From Octopus sinensis (taxonomy: Eukaryota), in contig NC_042999.1 in NCBI RefSeq assembly GCF_006345805.1, positions 157,666,001 to 157,730,000 on the forward strand: a stretch of DNA of 64,000 nt, read 5' to 3'. Below are positions 13,400 through 26,224 of the stretch, piece after piece (positions within the stretch are counted from its first letter, which is position 1; every line of letters begins with the position of its first letter). The position numbers and the translations under genes are program-made. The notes under the pieces are model-generated. The model had not been told where the DNA came from, did no database searches, and saw nothing but the letters and a program-made list of their open reading frames with translations.

Positions 13400-13816
13400 G
13401 GATCTTTTCGGTTTGAAAGGCAGTTTTTTCTAGTGGTGTCATATGAAATTGTCACCCATAATTATGACCCTAGTATCGATCTATTGCATTTCAATCTGTT
13501 TTAGGGTTAGGGTTAGGGGTGGGGGAAAGGGTATCGTTTTTTTCTTCAGAAATGTAAATAAACCCAATCTGTTTCTTAAACTAGGGAAATATTCATACGG
13601 CACAGAATGTTTTTTTACCTCAATAGACGTCATTGATTGGGTGAAATTGCAGAAATTGAAGAAAAAACAACAAATATCTTACAAACTATAGAATTTTCTT
13701 AGTAAAGCCAAGAGAAAAAGATGTTTTATAAACACATTCTACCAGTATACGAAGTTTAAAATTTTTTAGTTACCTAGAAATTATGTTAAAAACTGCCGTT
13801 CAAACCGAAAAGATCC
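13400..13816. mobile_element. MITE with about 28-bp TIRs starting GG and an 8-bp TSD (Merlin-like), containing TTAGGG repeats
   Basis: GGATCTTTTCGGTTTGAAAGGCAGTTTT / AAAACTGCCGTTCAAACCGAAAAGATCC. TSD GATAATTA at 13392-13399 and 13817-13824. Confidence 0.8.
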
Positions 13817-14446
13817 GATAATTATCACAATATATTGAATATTTGGAACCACCTAAATTTCAAAATGAATAAAATGTAAGTTTTGTGCTATAGTAAAAAA
13901 GAGAAAAAAAAAAGACTTTAAAATGGGAGAGATACTTCGGAGGGTTTTAAAGAATAAAAGACATTAAATGTATAAATGTAATTTTAAATTTTACAAAATC
14001 TTTAATCCGCTTTTCTTTTTCAATACAGATGTTGAAATAAAATATACTGAAAGAGCGTGGATAAGAATATATAAAAAAAAATATAGATTATTTCTTTGGG
14101 GATTGTAATTGTCAATATGTGAAGGGAAATAAAGTCTTAGCATAATTATAAAGTTCTGGAATTCAACCGGGAACTTATATTATTCCTCGTACAAAAGTGA
14201 TCTGAATAATCAAGGAATAGTTCAATATCTTGTACAGTCAACAAAAGAGAAGAAAATTACTTTACAAAAGTCTGAAAAGAGAAAGCGTTTTATACTTTCT
14301 GTGCTAGAAACTATTTGATATGCTTCGGATGTGCATAATATAGTTTGTTGGACTAACTACACGGGTTGTTTGCATGGATTAATTTCTACTTTATGTCAAA
14401 GATTAAGAATTAAGACACCATATGTATATCGATACACTTGTGTACG

Positions 14447-14780
14447 TGGAACTTAGGTGGTTCCAAAATGAATGAAAATCTTTGGAATATCGAGTTCTAT
14501 TGTTCATAAAATTTCGTATGTAATATTTTTTAGCTGTAATTTTTTTCCAGTTTAGTTTCGTGCAACCACAAAATATCGTATTGAAAACGTTAGGATGGGA
14601 GTCCTACCTTTTACTTGAAATTTAGGTGGTTCCAAAATGAATGAAAGTCTTTGGAATATTGAGTTCTATTGTTTATAAAATTTCGTATTTTTGTATGTAA
14701 TATTTTTTCTAGTTTAGTTTCGTGCAACCACAGAGTATCGTATTTAAAAGGTTGGGATGGGAGTTCTGTCTTTTACATTT
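14447..14780. repeat. Diverged tandem duplication of a unit of about 170 bp
   Basis: TTAGGTGGTTCCAAAATGAATGAAA...TTTAGTTTCGTGCAACCACA occurs twice. Inverted partner TTGGAACCACCTAAATTTC near 13845. Confidence 0.65.
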
Positions 14781-15340
14781 TTTCAAAGATAATATTGATG
14801 CAGATTGTTAAAATAAAAATAAAAATTAAAAAGTTTAGATTAATAAATAATAAATATCTCCCTCAGGATATACTGTTACAATAATTTGGGAAAGAATTGT
14901 TTAAAATGATAGACACTATTAAATTTCGAAAATAATCGAACCGATTCCCGAACGACATAAAATGTATGCTAAGAAGATTTTATGGCAGTAAAAATATATT
15001 TGTCTCTTCTGATAAAAGGAAAATCAAATCTTTTACTAAATAAATAAGTTTATTTACAGCAATTCCGTTGTAATTCTATTACCGACAACTATGTATGTGT
15101 ATGTATGTATATGCATATGTATGCATGTATGTATATATATATATATATACGACAGCTTTTTAACCGTACAAAACGTAAGACCGAAGAGAATAAGATTGTT
15201 AACGAGTTATCATTTTACTTCTATTTTTAGTATTTGATACTTCTTAAAGCATTGTTAATTTGCCTGTTTTTCTTTACAATTAATTTCATTGAATGAAACA
15301 CTCCTTTAAGTTTACAAACGGTGGTAAGCCACTTCACCGT

Positions 15341-16092
15341 CAGACATCGTGGCCTACCACAGAATTGTCTTTATCGTAAACATTGTGCAGAGTGGCTTAC
15401 AGAGAACGAGCCGTCACGACCATTATCCTTTATTAACTTTTGGTCTCAGCTTCCAACGATCTTATTGTCTGTGATTCTGTCACGACGTTTAACGCAAAAG
15501 AGGAATGGTGCTTAATTACAGTCAGACATCGTGGCTTATCTCAGAATTACTTTTATCGTAAGCATTGTGCAAGGCCACTTACAGAGAACGAGCCGTCACG
15601 ACCATTATAATTTACTTGCAGTATCGCCCGGCGTTGCTCGGGTTTGTAAGGGAAATAACTATATAAGCATTTTTAGAGAGTTATAGCCAAAAAATAGCAA
15701 AGAAATACATTAAAAATGCAAAAGAAATGATGGTAAATGTTTTTAAAAATCGTTAACTCATTGTAGACACTTTTAGAGAGTTACTTCCCTTATATAATAG
15801 CGAAAAAAATGCATTAAAATGGAAAAAAATGATAGTAGATTATTTTAAAAATCGTAGACTCATCGTAGACGCGCGCTAATACCCAGAAGGGCTCGATATG
15901 AATCACGACTATAAGATACCCGGTTTTGGTTACACTGCACCGCAAAATGTGGGAGTAGTTAGGAATCTAAATCGTAGGAGACAGACACACAACTTGACTT
16001 TTATATATAAAGATTAACTTTTGGTCTCAGCTTCCATTGTTTGTGATTCTGTCACGACGCTAATGCAAAAGAAGAATGGAGCTTAATTACAA
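15341..16092. repeat. Tandem duplication (unit about 180 bp); second unit interrupted by a Helentron-like element
   Basis: CAGACATCGTGGC...ACAGAGAACGAGCCGTCACGACCATTAT...TAACTTTTGGTCTCAGCTTCCA...CTTAATTACA occurs twice. Confidence 0.75.
15613..16014 (+). mobile_element. Non-autonomous Helentron/Helitron-like element
   Basis: No TSD or TIR. Starts ACT(A)GCAGTATCGCCCGGCGTTGCTCGGG and ends TTTTATATATAAAGAT. Five copies in the window. Superfamily assignment is inferred. Confidence 0.65.
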
Positions 16093-16778
16093 TGATTTTA
16101 AGAAAATCTCTGCAATTTTACAATATTGTTGTTCTATTGCGACAACCGAGGCACCTTCTTACAATTATATGGACTGAGCATTTGGCAGTAAGCTTTCTTG
16201 TTGACATAGCTGTCCAGTTGTCCGATTGACCCAGCCACCCACACCGTTTTGTTAAAATACTATTTTAATAACATGGTATAAATAACAGCACACCACCCCT
16301 TTATCCCTTCACTTACTGAAGTCATTGGACCGTGAAGGTGATGGGGACATTTTTAGCAAATTATTTTGACTTTAGGACTTTGTCTAGTACTTATTTCATC
16401 AACCCGGAAAGACTAAATCTAGGGATTAAATTGACCCCAGTTCTTGGGAGTAGCTTATTCTATCGATCGTCATCGAAGAAAACTGAGAGTAAAGTCGACT
16501 CAGACGACATTTAAACCTATGATGAGAAGGTAACTAAATACTGATAAAATAGTTTGTCGGGTATTCTAGCGTTTCTGTCATTAACATTACTCACAATATT
16601 TCAGTATGTAGAAATGGATTTTAGTCGGTTTCACGTTGAGTATTTACTTGGATCAAAAAGAACCTGGAGATTATTTATTTAGGGTGTTAGTGACTGAACA
16701 GGCGTAATCTTAACATCATACTCAGAGAGAATCAGCACTGGTACAATCTGCCTGATGAATTTTGACATAACCTACGTA

Positions 16779-17178
16779 GGTGCAGGAGTGGCTGAGTGGT
16801 AAGTAGCTTGCTTACCAACCACATAGTTCCGGGTTCAGACCCACTGCGTGGCACTTTGGGCAAGTGTCTTCTACTATAGCCTCAGGCCGACCAAAGCCTT
16901 GTGAGTGGATTTGTTAGACGGAAACTGAAAGAAGCCTGTCGTGTATATGTATATATATGTGTGTGTGTTTGTGTGTCCGTGTTTGTCCCCCCGACATTGC
17001 TTGACAACCGATGCTGGTGTGTTTACGTCCCCGTAACTTAGCGGTTCGGCAAAAGGGACCGATCGAATAAGTACTGGGCTTACAAAGAATAAGTCCCGGG
17101 GTCGATTTGCTCGACTAAAGGCGGTGCTCCAGCATGGCCGCAGTCAAATGACTGAAACAAGTAAAAGAGTAAAAGAGT
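16779..17178 (+). mobile_element. SINE A
   Basis: Full length: tRNA-like head, CORE-like TTGGGCAAGTGTCTT, internal (TA)(TG) tract, CR1-like tail. Confidence 0.9.
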
Positions 17179-17619
17179 ATACGCAAATCTCAATCACCGA
17201 GGCTATACGAACAAACAACTGCTCAAGTTGTCACGCAGTGGAATCGAAATCAAGACCATGCGATTACGAAGCAAATTTCTTAATCACTCTACTCTGATAC
17301 GCCCATATACATTAATATATTATATATTTCTAGCACATTTACCCACCCCACCCTACCGAAACCATTTACAATTTCCTCATACCACAGCCTTACAGTTAAA
17401 TTACCACTTCAACAGAAACAGCTCTAATAACAGTTGGTTATAATGAATACCATGGAAATGAAATTATCTTTCAATTTCACGAATGAAAATCATAGTAAAA
17501 GCCTCAGGGTATTTATTCATAGAAATGGAAATAGTAAAATTTGGGGTTTGAATAATTCACCTCTGGAAATATGGGTGTTTTGTTCAACATCCTTAAACAG
17601 CCCTTATTCAGGTACCATT

Positions 17620-17880
17620 TGAGTGGGATGGGTTACTCGACCAGAATAAAATTCTAACTGAGCCCCACCTGCAAGGTCATGCGCTGTTTATCTTAGTATG
17701 AGATCACCATGTCGCGCACATATGGTTGTGATGCATGTGCCTGGTGTACCCTTATCTGAGGGGTAGTCATGATGGGTATACTGGGCTTCGTATATTTAAC
17801 CCCAGTGTCAGTTTGATGACGTGCACTGCTCTCTCACTCAATAATAATAATAATAATAATAATAATGATGATGATGATAA
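17620..17880 (+). mobile_element. Retroelement 3' end with (AAT)n tail
   Basis: Ends TGCACTGCTCTCTCACTC(AAT)n. Family unassigned. Confidence 0.45.
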
Positions 17881-18032
17881 TAAAAAAAAAAAGGTTTTAA
17901 GATAAAAAACAGACATCAAGCCGCTCCTGCAGCCACGATTATGTATGTATGTATCAAAATGTGTAAATATGTGTGAACATTTATATACATGGGAATAATA
18001 ATATAATGTATACATCCTCACACACACACACA

Positions 18033-18101
<69 letters not shown>

Positions 18102-18104
18102 CTT

Positions 18105-18320
18105 TATTGCCCACAAGGAGCTAAACATATTGGGGACAAACAAGGACAGACAAAGGGATTAAACCGATTACATCGACCCTAGTACACAACTGGCACTTAT
18201 TTAATCGACCCCGAAAGAATGAAAGGCAAAGTCGACCTCGGCGGAATTTGAACCCAATGTACCGGCAGACGAAATACAGCTAAGCATTTCGCCCGGCGTG
18301 CCAACGATTCTGCGCAGCTC
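18105..18320 (-). mobile_element. SINE B
   Basis: Same head and Tx1-like tail as 1974-2206. Confidence 0.8.
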
Positions 18321-18419
18321 CACCAACTATTCTGTCTGTTTAGCCGCACACCTTTCAATGCCGTGTATGCCATAAGGTCTGCAATTCTAACAGAGGCCTC
18401 AAGACACTTTAAGATACAC

Positions 18420-18570
18420 AGAGATCAGAGCGTAACTGCAGCTCTTGGTGTGGTCCAAATCAGATATGTAAAGCGTGTGGGTATCTTTTTAATACATTGT
18501 CAGGTTTAAAAAGTCACATCAGACATCAAGAGGTGGTCAAACTCTGCATAAGGAGTAGACAACCCCATAC
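18420..18570 (+). mobile_element. RTE-like LINE 3' end with C2H2-like remnant, running into (CATA)n
   Basis: CGYLFNTLSGLKSHIRH. A similar remnant (CLICNKMCKSLAGHKSH) lies on the minus strand near 35730-35800. Confidence 0.45.
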
Positions 18571-19327
18571 ATACATACATACATACATACATACATACAT
18601 ACATACATACATACATACATACATTCATACATACACACACATACATACATATATACATACATATATACATACAAACATACATATTTATATGTTATCATAA
18701 ACCTCTTGAAGAAATTGGTACACTGCTGACCATTATATATCCTGCCGGATGTTGTCCATTTTCCTTAAATATAAATATATATATATATATATATATGTCC
18801 CTTTCTCCTGTCTTTTGTTCTCACGTGACAGCTAGCCGCTGTTGAGCGCTCTTTTCGTTTTCAGCAGCCTCAGAAGCAACACGGATTTGTTCGTCTCCCC
18901 GTGGCCTTTAGGCACAACTTCACAAGCCAGCCCCTACTCAAATCGTCCTGTCGAAAGACCCTTGTCCTACGTCCTGGTTTTGTTTTGTTGTTTATTTTTT
19001 ATTTTTACCGTTATTGTTTTTACGTTTTTGTATTCTTATTGGTGTCACGTATTCTGTATTTTTGTTTGTGTACTTCGATCGTTTTCCGTCCTTTCGTTGT
19101 ATACATTCGAAGCTTTCTTCCAGGGGATCTAATGCGCTTGGCTTAGATTTCCCTTGGCGGGCTGGCCATATCGGAGCAATCTCAAGATTAATCAGCCGAA
19201 ATTGCTAAGATGATCTGGTTCTTGACTGATGACTGAGGGCTTCGAATGTCCCGTCCTGTGGTTCTTGTGTCGTCTCTGTGGTGTTTCATGTTCTTGTCCA
19301 TGTCTGTATTTAATTTTACTGTTTACC

Positions 19328-19360
<33 letters not shown>

Positions 19361-19446
19361 ATATGTATATGTGCAGATTTGTATGTTTTGCTTTATGTAT
19401 GTATTCTCATGCATATAGTTGCATATATAGACATGCTCATATATGT

Positions 19447-19483
<37 letters not shown>

Positions 19484-19504
19484 CACACATACATACATAC
19501 ATAC

Positions 19505-19568
<64 letters not shown>

Positions 19569-19993
19569 GTCTATCTATCTGTCTATCTATCTATCTAGCT
19601 ATCTATCTATCTATCTATTTATCTATCTATCTACCCGTGGTCTTTTCCGTAGGCTTTTCTTTCCACGGGTAAACCTCACCTGTCCTCCCCTTTACACTTC
19701 ATATTGACATTTCTGTGATAACGATCCCTATTGATCAATTTTTTTTCCTTTCCATTTTTTCCTCACCTCCCCCCTTTTTTTTATTTTATGCCCCCCCCCT
19801 TTTGTCCTCTTTCTTTCCATTTACGATCCCTTTTGATCGAAAACCAAACCCCCTTCTTTTACCCCCAAAAGAAAAGCTCTACCTTGTAATTTTGTCCTGT
19901 CTGTGTGCAGCCCTGTGTGGCTAATAAAGAAACATATCTGTCTATCTATCTAACTATCTATCTATTTATCTATCATCTATCTGTCCCTCTCTC

Positions 19994-20030
<37 letters not shown>

Positions 20031-20555
20031 GCCTGTCTGTTTGACTGTCTGTTTCTCGCTCAAATGTTCTGTCCATCCAAATATCTATATATCTACCTAT
20101 CTATCTAATATATCTATTTCTATATCTACCTATCTATCTAATATATCTACCTATCTATCTAATATATCTATTTCTCCCTCAAGAAGGTTGTCCTTCTTTC
20201 CATTTGAAGGTCTGCGCCTGTGCGTGTGCTTGCATTGCGAAAAACACAGAATCTTAGAGTAAATTTTAAATAAATCATTTGAAAGAGATGTCTGAAAGTG
20301 GATGAAGTAATAAATAATACCATGTAATGCACTACGTTAAAAATCTTAGCATGGATAAAAGGTTGATGGTGCAGCAGAAAACCTTTGCCCACACCACTTT
20401 TTGTTTTGCTATCCAAAGATTTTAACCGAATAATTTATATTCTACTATTTATAGCTGTATCTACTTCAGAGCTTACACTTAATATAAGTTGTGTAATATA
20501 TATATATATATATATATAACTAAAAAAGTGTGAAAAAAACTACAGAAGGATTGTG

Positions 20556-20591
<36 letters not shown>

Positions 20592-21167
20592 CACAATCCT
20601 TCTGTAGTTTTTTTCACACTTTTTTAGTTATATATATATATATATATATATTACAAACTTATATTAAGTGTAAGCTCTGAAGTAGATACAGCTATAAATA
20701 GTAGAATATAAATTATTCGGTTAAAAATCTTTGGATAGCAAAACAAAAAAGTGGTGTGGGCAAAGGTTTTCTGCTGCACCATCAACCTTTTATCCATGCT
20801 AAGATTTTTAACGTAGTGCATTACATGGTATTATTTATTACTTCATCCACTTTCAGACATCTCTTTCAAATGATTTATTTAAAATTTACTCTAAGATTCT
20901 GTGTTTTTCGCAATGCAAGCACACGCACAGGCGCAGACCTTCAAATGGAAAGAAGGACAACCTTCTTGAGGGAGAAATAGATATATTAGATAGATAGGTA
21001 GATATATTAGATAGATAGGTAGATATAGAAATAGATATATTAGATAGATAGGTAGATATATTAGACAGATAGGTAGATATAGAAATAGATATATTAGATA
21101 GATAGGTAGATATATAGATATTTGGATGGACAGAACATTTGAGCGAGAGACAGACAGTCAAACAGAC

Positions 21168-21234
<67 letters not shown>

Positions 21235-21646
21235 CAGATAGATGATAGATAAATAGATAGATAGTTAGATAGATAGACAGATATGTTTCTTTATTAGCCA
21301 CACAGGGCTGCACACAGACAGGACAAAATTACAAGGTAGAGCTTTTCTTTTGGTGGTAAAAGAAGGGGGTTTGGTTTTCGATCAAAAGGGATCGTAAATG
21401 GAAAGAAAGAGGACAAAAGGGGGGGGATAAAATAAAAAAAGGGGGGAGGTGAGGAAAAAATGGAAAGGAAAAAAAATTGATCAATAGGGATCGTTATCAC
21501 AGAAATGTCAATATGAAGTGTAAAGGGGAGGACAGGTGAGGTTTACCCGTGGAAAGAAAAGCCTACGGAAAAGACCACGGATAGATAGATAGATAAATAG
21601 ATAGATAGATAGATAGCTAGATAGATAGATAGACAGATAGATAGAC

Positions 21647-21677
<31 letters not shown>

Positions 21678-21710
21678 CAGATAGATAGATAGACAGATAT
21701 ATAGACAGAC

Positions 21711-21720
<10 letters not shown>
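19505..21720. repeat. Spacer-less palindrome of about 2.2 kb centred on (TA)17 at 20557-20590
   Basis: Arms are reverse complements apart from a few substitutions and repeat-unit number differences. The ORF track shows mirrored peptides. Confidence 0.95.
19636..19937 (+). mobile_element. 5'-truncated Tx1-like LINE tail within (TATC)n; mirrored at about 21285-21580
   Basis: Ends CAGCCCTGTGTGGCTAATAAAGAAACAT and is flanked on both sides by (ATCT)n. Confidence 0.55.
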
Positions 21721-21765
<45 letters not shown>

Positions 21766-21780
21766 CAGATAGATAGACAG

Positions 21781-21811
<31 letters not shown>

Positions 21812-21826
21812 GATAGATAGATAGAC

Positions 21827-21877
<51 letters not shown>

Positions 21878-21902
21878 TAGATAGACAGATAGATAGATAG
21901 AC

Positions 21903-21939
<37 letters not shown>

Positions 21940-21945
21940 TACAGG

Positions 21946-22007
<62 letters not shown>

Positions 22008-22013
22008 TACAGG

Positions 22014-22073
<60 letters not shown>

Positions 22074-22075
22074 GA
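21580..22075. repeat. (GATA)n/(GACA)n microsatellite of about 500 bp
   Basis: Read directly from the sequence. Confidence 0.95.
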
Positions 22076-22234
22076 TAAGAACAGAAAACAGAGAAAGGAA
22101 CTCGCCGTATTTGACTGTTCAGCTACAATATTTATGGATGCCCTTCTTTGTGTATTTGCAGGTATGTGGGCTTACATGTGCACATTTGTACATCTCTAGT
22201 TATATATGCATGTCTATAAGTATATGTATGCATG

Positions 22235-22430
22235 TGAAGGCGCATAGCCTAGTGATTAGGATGCTGCGCTCACGATCGCGAGACCATGGTTTCGATTCCT
22301 GGACCGAGTGTTATGTTGTGTTCTTGGGCAAAACTCTTCATTTCATGTTGCTCTGCGGCCACTTCGACATCTGATATGCGGCACACTGTACACCTGTACA
22401 TGCAATGTCGATTTCATTGAGGAACTGGAG
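22235..22430 (+). mobile_element. CORE/Meta-like SINE (family D, diverged)
   Basis: tRNA-like head plus GTTGTGTTCTTGGGCAAAACTCTT. Confidence 0.6.
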
Positions 22431-22679
22431 CTCTAACGAGCAGCATAAACATTTGATCACTGCATACAAATCATCTGCGCAGGCGAGGCTGTGTAGCAAG
22501 TAGTTTGTTTCATAGCCACATGGTTTCTCATTCAGTCATAAAAGAATCATCCATAACTTGCTGTAAGCAACATTTATTAAACGTTATTACTCTTATTTCT
22601 TTATTTTTTGCAAACAAAATGCACAAAAACCTACACGTTTACATTATGTTATATATGCAATAATAATAAAGGACGTTAC

Positions 22680-22845
22680 CCTATACATTTTTACAAACCA
22701 AGGACGCTATATAGACCTCCTTGACTCAAGTTAGAGAAGGGGTTAGTATTATACACCAGGTTTAGGTTTTTCAGAGGTACAGCCGCCTAAAATTCCCCTG
22801 CGTATTATACTCAAGGGCGGACTATACTCGAGGATTTACGGTATA
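22680..22845. mobile_element. Tc1/pogo (Tigger-like) MITE end
   Basis: Ends TATACTCGAGGATTTACGG|TA. The other end is not identified. Confidence 0.4.
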
Positions 22846-22930
22846 TATATATATATATATTGGTAAAAACGGTAAGATAACAAAAGAAAGAAAGAGACCT
22901 CAATATTATGTAAATAGAGGAAATTTATCT

Positions 22931-22987
<57 letters not shown>

Positions 22988-23019
22988 AATATATATAATA
23001 TATATAGGACTATCAGTTG

Positions 23020-23068
<49 letters not shown>

Positions 23069-23189
23069 ATATATATAATATATATATAGGACTATCAGTT
23101 GTCATAAAAAAACCCGTTGAATGAAGAGAAGTTACTCCAGTACGTAGTTTTGGTGGCAGTCCACGGGACTATCACTCAGACGTAGATGC

Positions 23190-23689
23190 ACACTGCATCG
23201 ACAACAGATTGCATTCCCAGAATACAGAATGATACCCTTTAGTGAGCATATTGAGAAATGCGCAAAGCAACTACTACCACAATTTTTAATCTTTCCATTC
23301 TATCAATGTGCTATTGGAACACCAACACAAATTAGATTAAACAAGGAAACATTCTTCATTGAAAAATATAAGCCCAAACTTAACCACTCTAACATTCTTA
23401 TACAGAGAAACTCACCCCATTAAATAAAAGGGACAAGAAATATAAAGCGATTATCCCCCTTACAGCGGAAGAAATCACTTATTACCTCCCCTTACCTGGA
23501 ACTCTTTTTTACACTTCATAACGAAGACATAACACGATATTTTGAGAAATTTGAAAAGTTAACACGAAACCGGTAATTTCTTCAAAAACTGTATGAAAAA
23601 ATTTTATAACATTCTTCTGACATAATGACTCAAATATATTTTCAACCTTTTAAAACAAGCCTTCTGTAGTTTTTCACTTTTTACTATTT

Positions 23690-23690
<1 letters not shown>
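23190..23690 (+). mobile_element. Penelope-like element 3' end: GIY-YIG endonuclease C-terminus plus pseudo-LTR
   Basis: LHRQQIAFPEYRMIPFSEHIEKC...FLIFPFYQC...RLNKETFFIEKYKPKLN, followed by a hammerhead relic (GAAGAAAT/ATTTCTTC stem, GAAA-CCGG-TA). Confidence 0.75.
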
Positions 23691-24028
<338 letters not shown>

Positions 24029-24318
24029 TGAAAACGGAAATCCTAGGCAGTCAACCAAATTCTCGAACGCATTAATGATATTCAATCAATGTAATTGAAT
24101 CATATATATTTATATACACCAACATAAATCATGCATGTATAGGCATAAAGATTCTCCAACGGTATAAAGAATAATACCAAACATACACAAGAATATAGGA
24201 GAGATATAATAGCATATAAAATATATAAAAATACATATAAAATCACATATAAATAAGGATTACATGTATAAAATTATGCGCGATAAGTGTAAGGTGCACA
24301 AAGCGAATGAAAGGTTGA

Positions 24319-24950
24319 TAGGCGCAGGAGTGGCTGTGTGGTAAGTAGCTTGCTAACCAACCACATGGTTGCGGGTTCAGTCCCACTGCGTGGCACTTTG
24401 GGCAACTGTCTGCTGCTATAGCTCCGGGCCGACCAATGCCTTGTGAGTTGATTTGGTAGACGGAAACTGAAAGAAGCCTGTCGTATATATGTATGTTGAT
24501 TCGTTAGCTACTCCACGCATTTTTTTTCTCTCCTTCTTTCTGTGTTTTTCTCTCTCTGTGTATCTTTCTGTTGAAGAGCGTAGGCTCGAAATGTTAAAGA
24601 CTTGTTTTATTTATATTTCCTGAGCGCCATACTAATACAATTGTTCGTTTGTTTTCCACCTGCCTTCGTCTTTTGTTTATTTTCATAAAGCTTCCCGTTA
24701 TATATACATATATATATGTGCGTGTGTGTGTGTGTTTGTGTTCTGTGTTTGTCCCCCTAGCATTGCTTGACAACCGATGCTGGTGTGTTTACGTCCCCGT
24801 AACTTAGCGGTTCGGCAAAAGAGACCGATAGAATAAGTACTGGGCTTACAAAGAATAAGTCTCGGGGTCGATTTGCTCGACTAAAGGCGGTGCTCCAGCA
24901 TGGCCGCAGTCAAATGACTGAAACAAGTATAAGAGTATAAGAGTAAGAGA
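24319..24950 (+). mobile_element. SINE A, split at its microsatellite by a Penelope-like insert (about 24496-24710)
   Basis: Both halves match the family. The insert carries TCTTT-CTGTTGAA-GAGC-GTAG-GCTC-GAAA-TGTT-AAAGA. Confidence 0.8.
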
Positions 24951-25757
24951 TATAGGATTAAAAATGTCAATCTTCAAAATGGCAGACCGCCTAAATCGTC
25001 TAAAATTTCTAATACATCTAAGATATGAGATAAAAGTTTAAGAATAGTAAACAAAAAAGGATCCGAAAAATGAGGGTGTTACATCTAGGGTTGACTGCCT
25101 AGGACTCGCGTTTTCATTTTCCTCTAGTTTTTTCTTATTTCACATTGGGTCTCTACGAGCACTCCGTAATTAGTCCATACTTTCTATAATATACTTATTA
25201 TATATACGAGCAAAACGCCCCCCCCCGTCCAATGGAGGTACTGAGTTGTCAAACATTTAAACCAAATTTTCTCAAAACAACTTGTCCGACCGTCCCATAG
25301 GCCTCCCTTTGAGAAACACTGATTTAACCTAAATTTGAGACACCAGCAAATGAAGAAATAAAGATAGACCTTTTTTCTATTCCAAAGAAGAAAAACGATT
25401 TTATTCACACAAATATGCAACCGAAGAGTTTAAAGTATCAGTAATGATAAGGCTGTTGACTGGGAGAACGGCTTTATCGATCGTATTCTCACCTAGAATC
25501 GATTTTTGTAATTTTTTCAAGACTTTATACACGTCCTGATACCGTTGGTATCTACATATCAAATTTGAGCGCAATCGGATGGAGGATACCTGAGATCCTA
25601 GAAGACACACACATAGACAGATAAAACTGATTTTATATAATAGATATGTGTGTGGTGTGTGAGTGTATATGTAAATGTGTGTGCGTGTTTGTTTGTGAGT
25701 GTGCATATATATGCCTTTATATTTGCACGCACACGCGCACACACACACACATATATA

Positions 25758-25793
<36 letters not shown>

Positions 25794-26224
25794 TATATAC
25801 ATATGTGTATTTTTAAATTATAAGTATAATTTTTAAATACACACGCACTCAGTCACACACACAACGAATACATATTCACACATTTACACAATCAGGATGT
25901 ATTTCCCTGAATGGTTTGTTAGTCTTAGACAATTTTTGTCACTTGATATTATTCTCTTTCTCTTTTAGAGTCGGTCCCAAATGCCACCGAGCGATTGTTT
26001 AACCTTTTCTGGAAGCGGATGTAATTCAAGAATTCATGTATGTACTATATATACTTTTATTCCTCTCTGTTGAAGCTACTCAACTCACTGTTGTAGCTTC
26101 TTGGGGATAAATAAAGATTATGTTTCTGTCCTGAGTACATGCGTGTGTATACATAAATACGTGTATAATATATGTGTATACACTAACATGCCTCTCTCTA
26201 TATACATGTATAATATGTCTTGCA

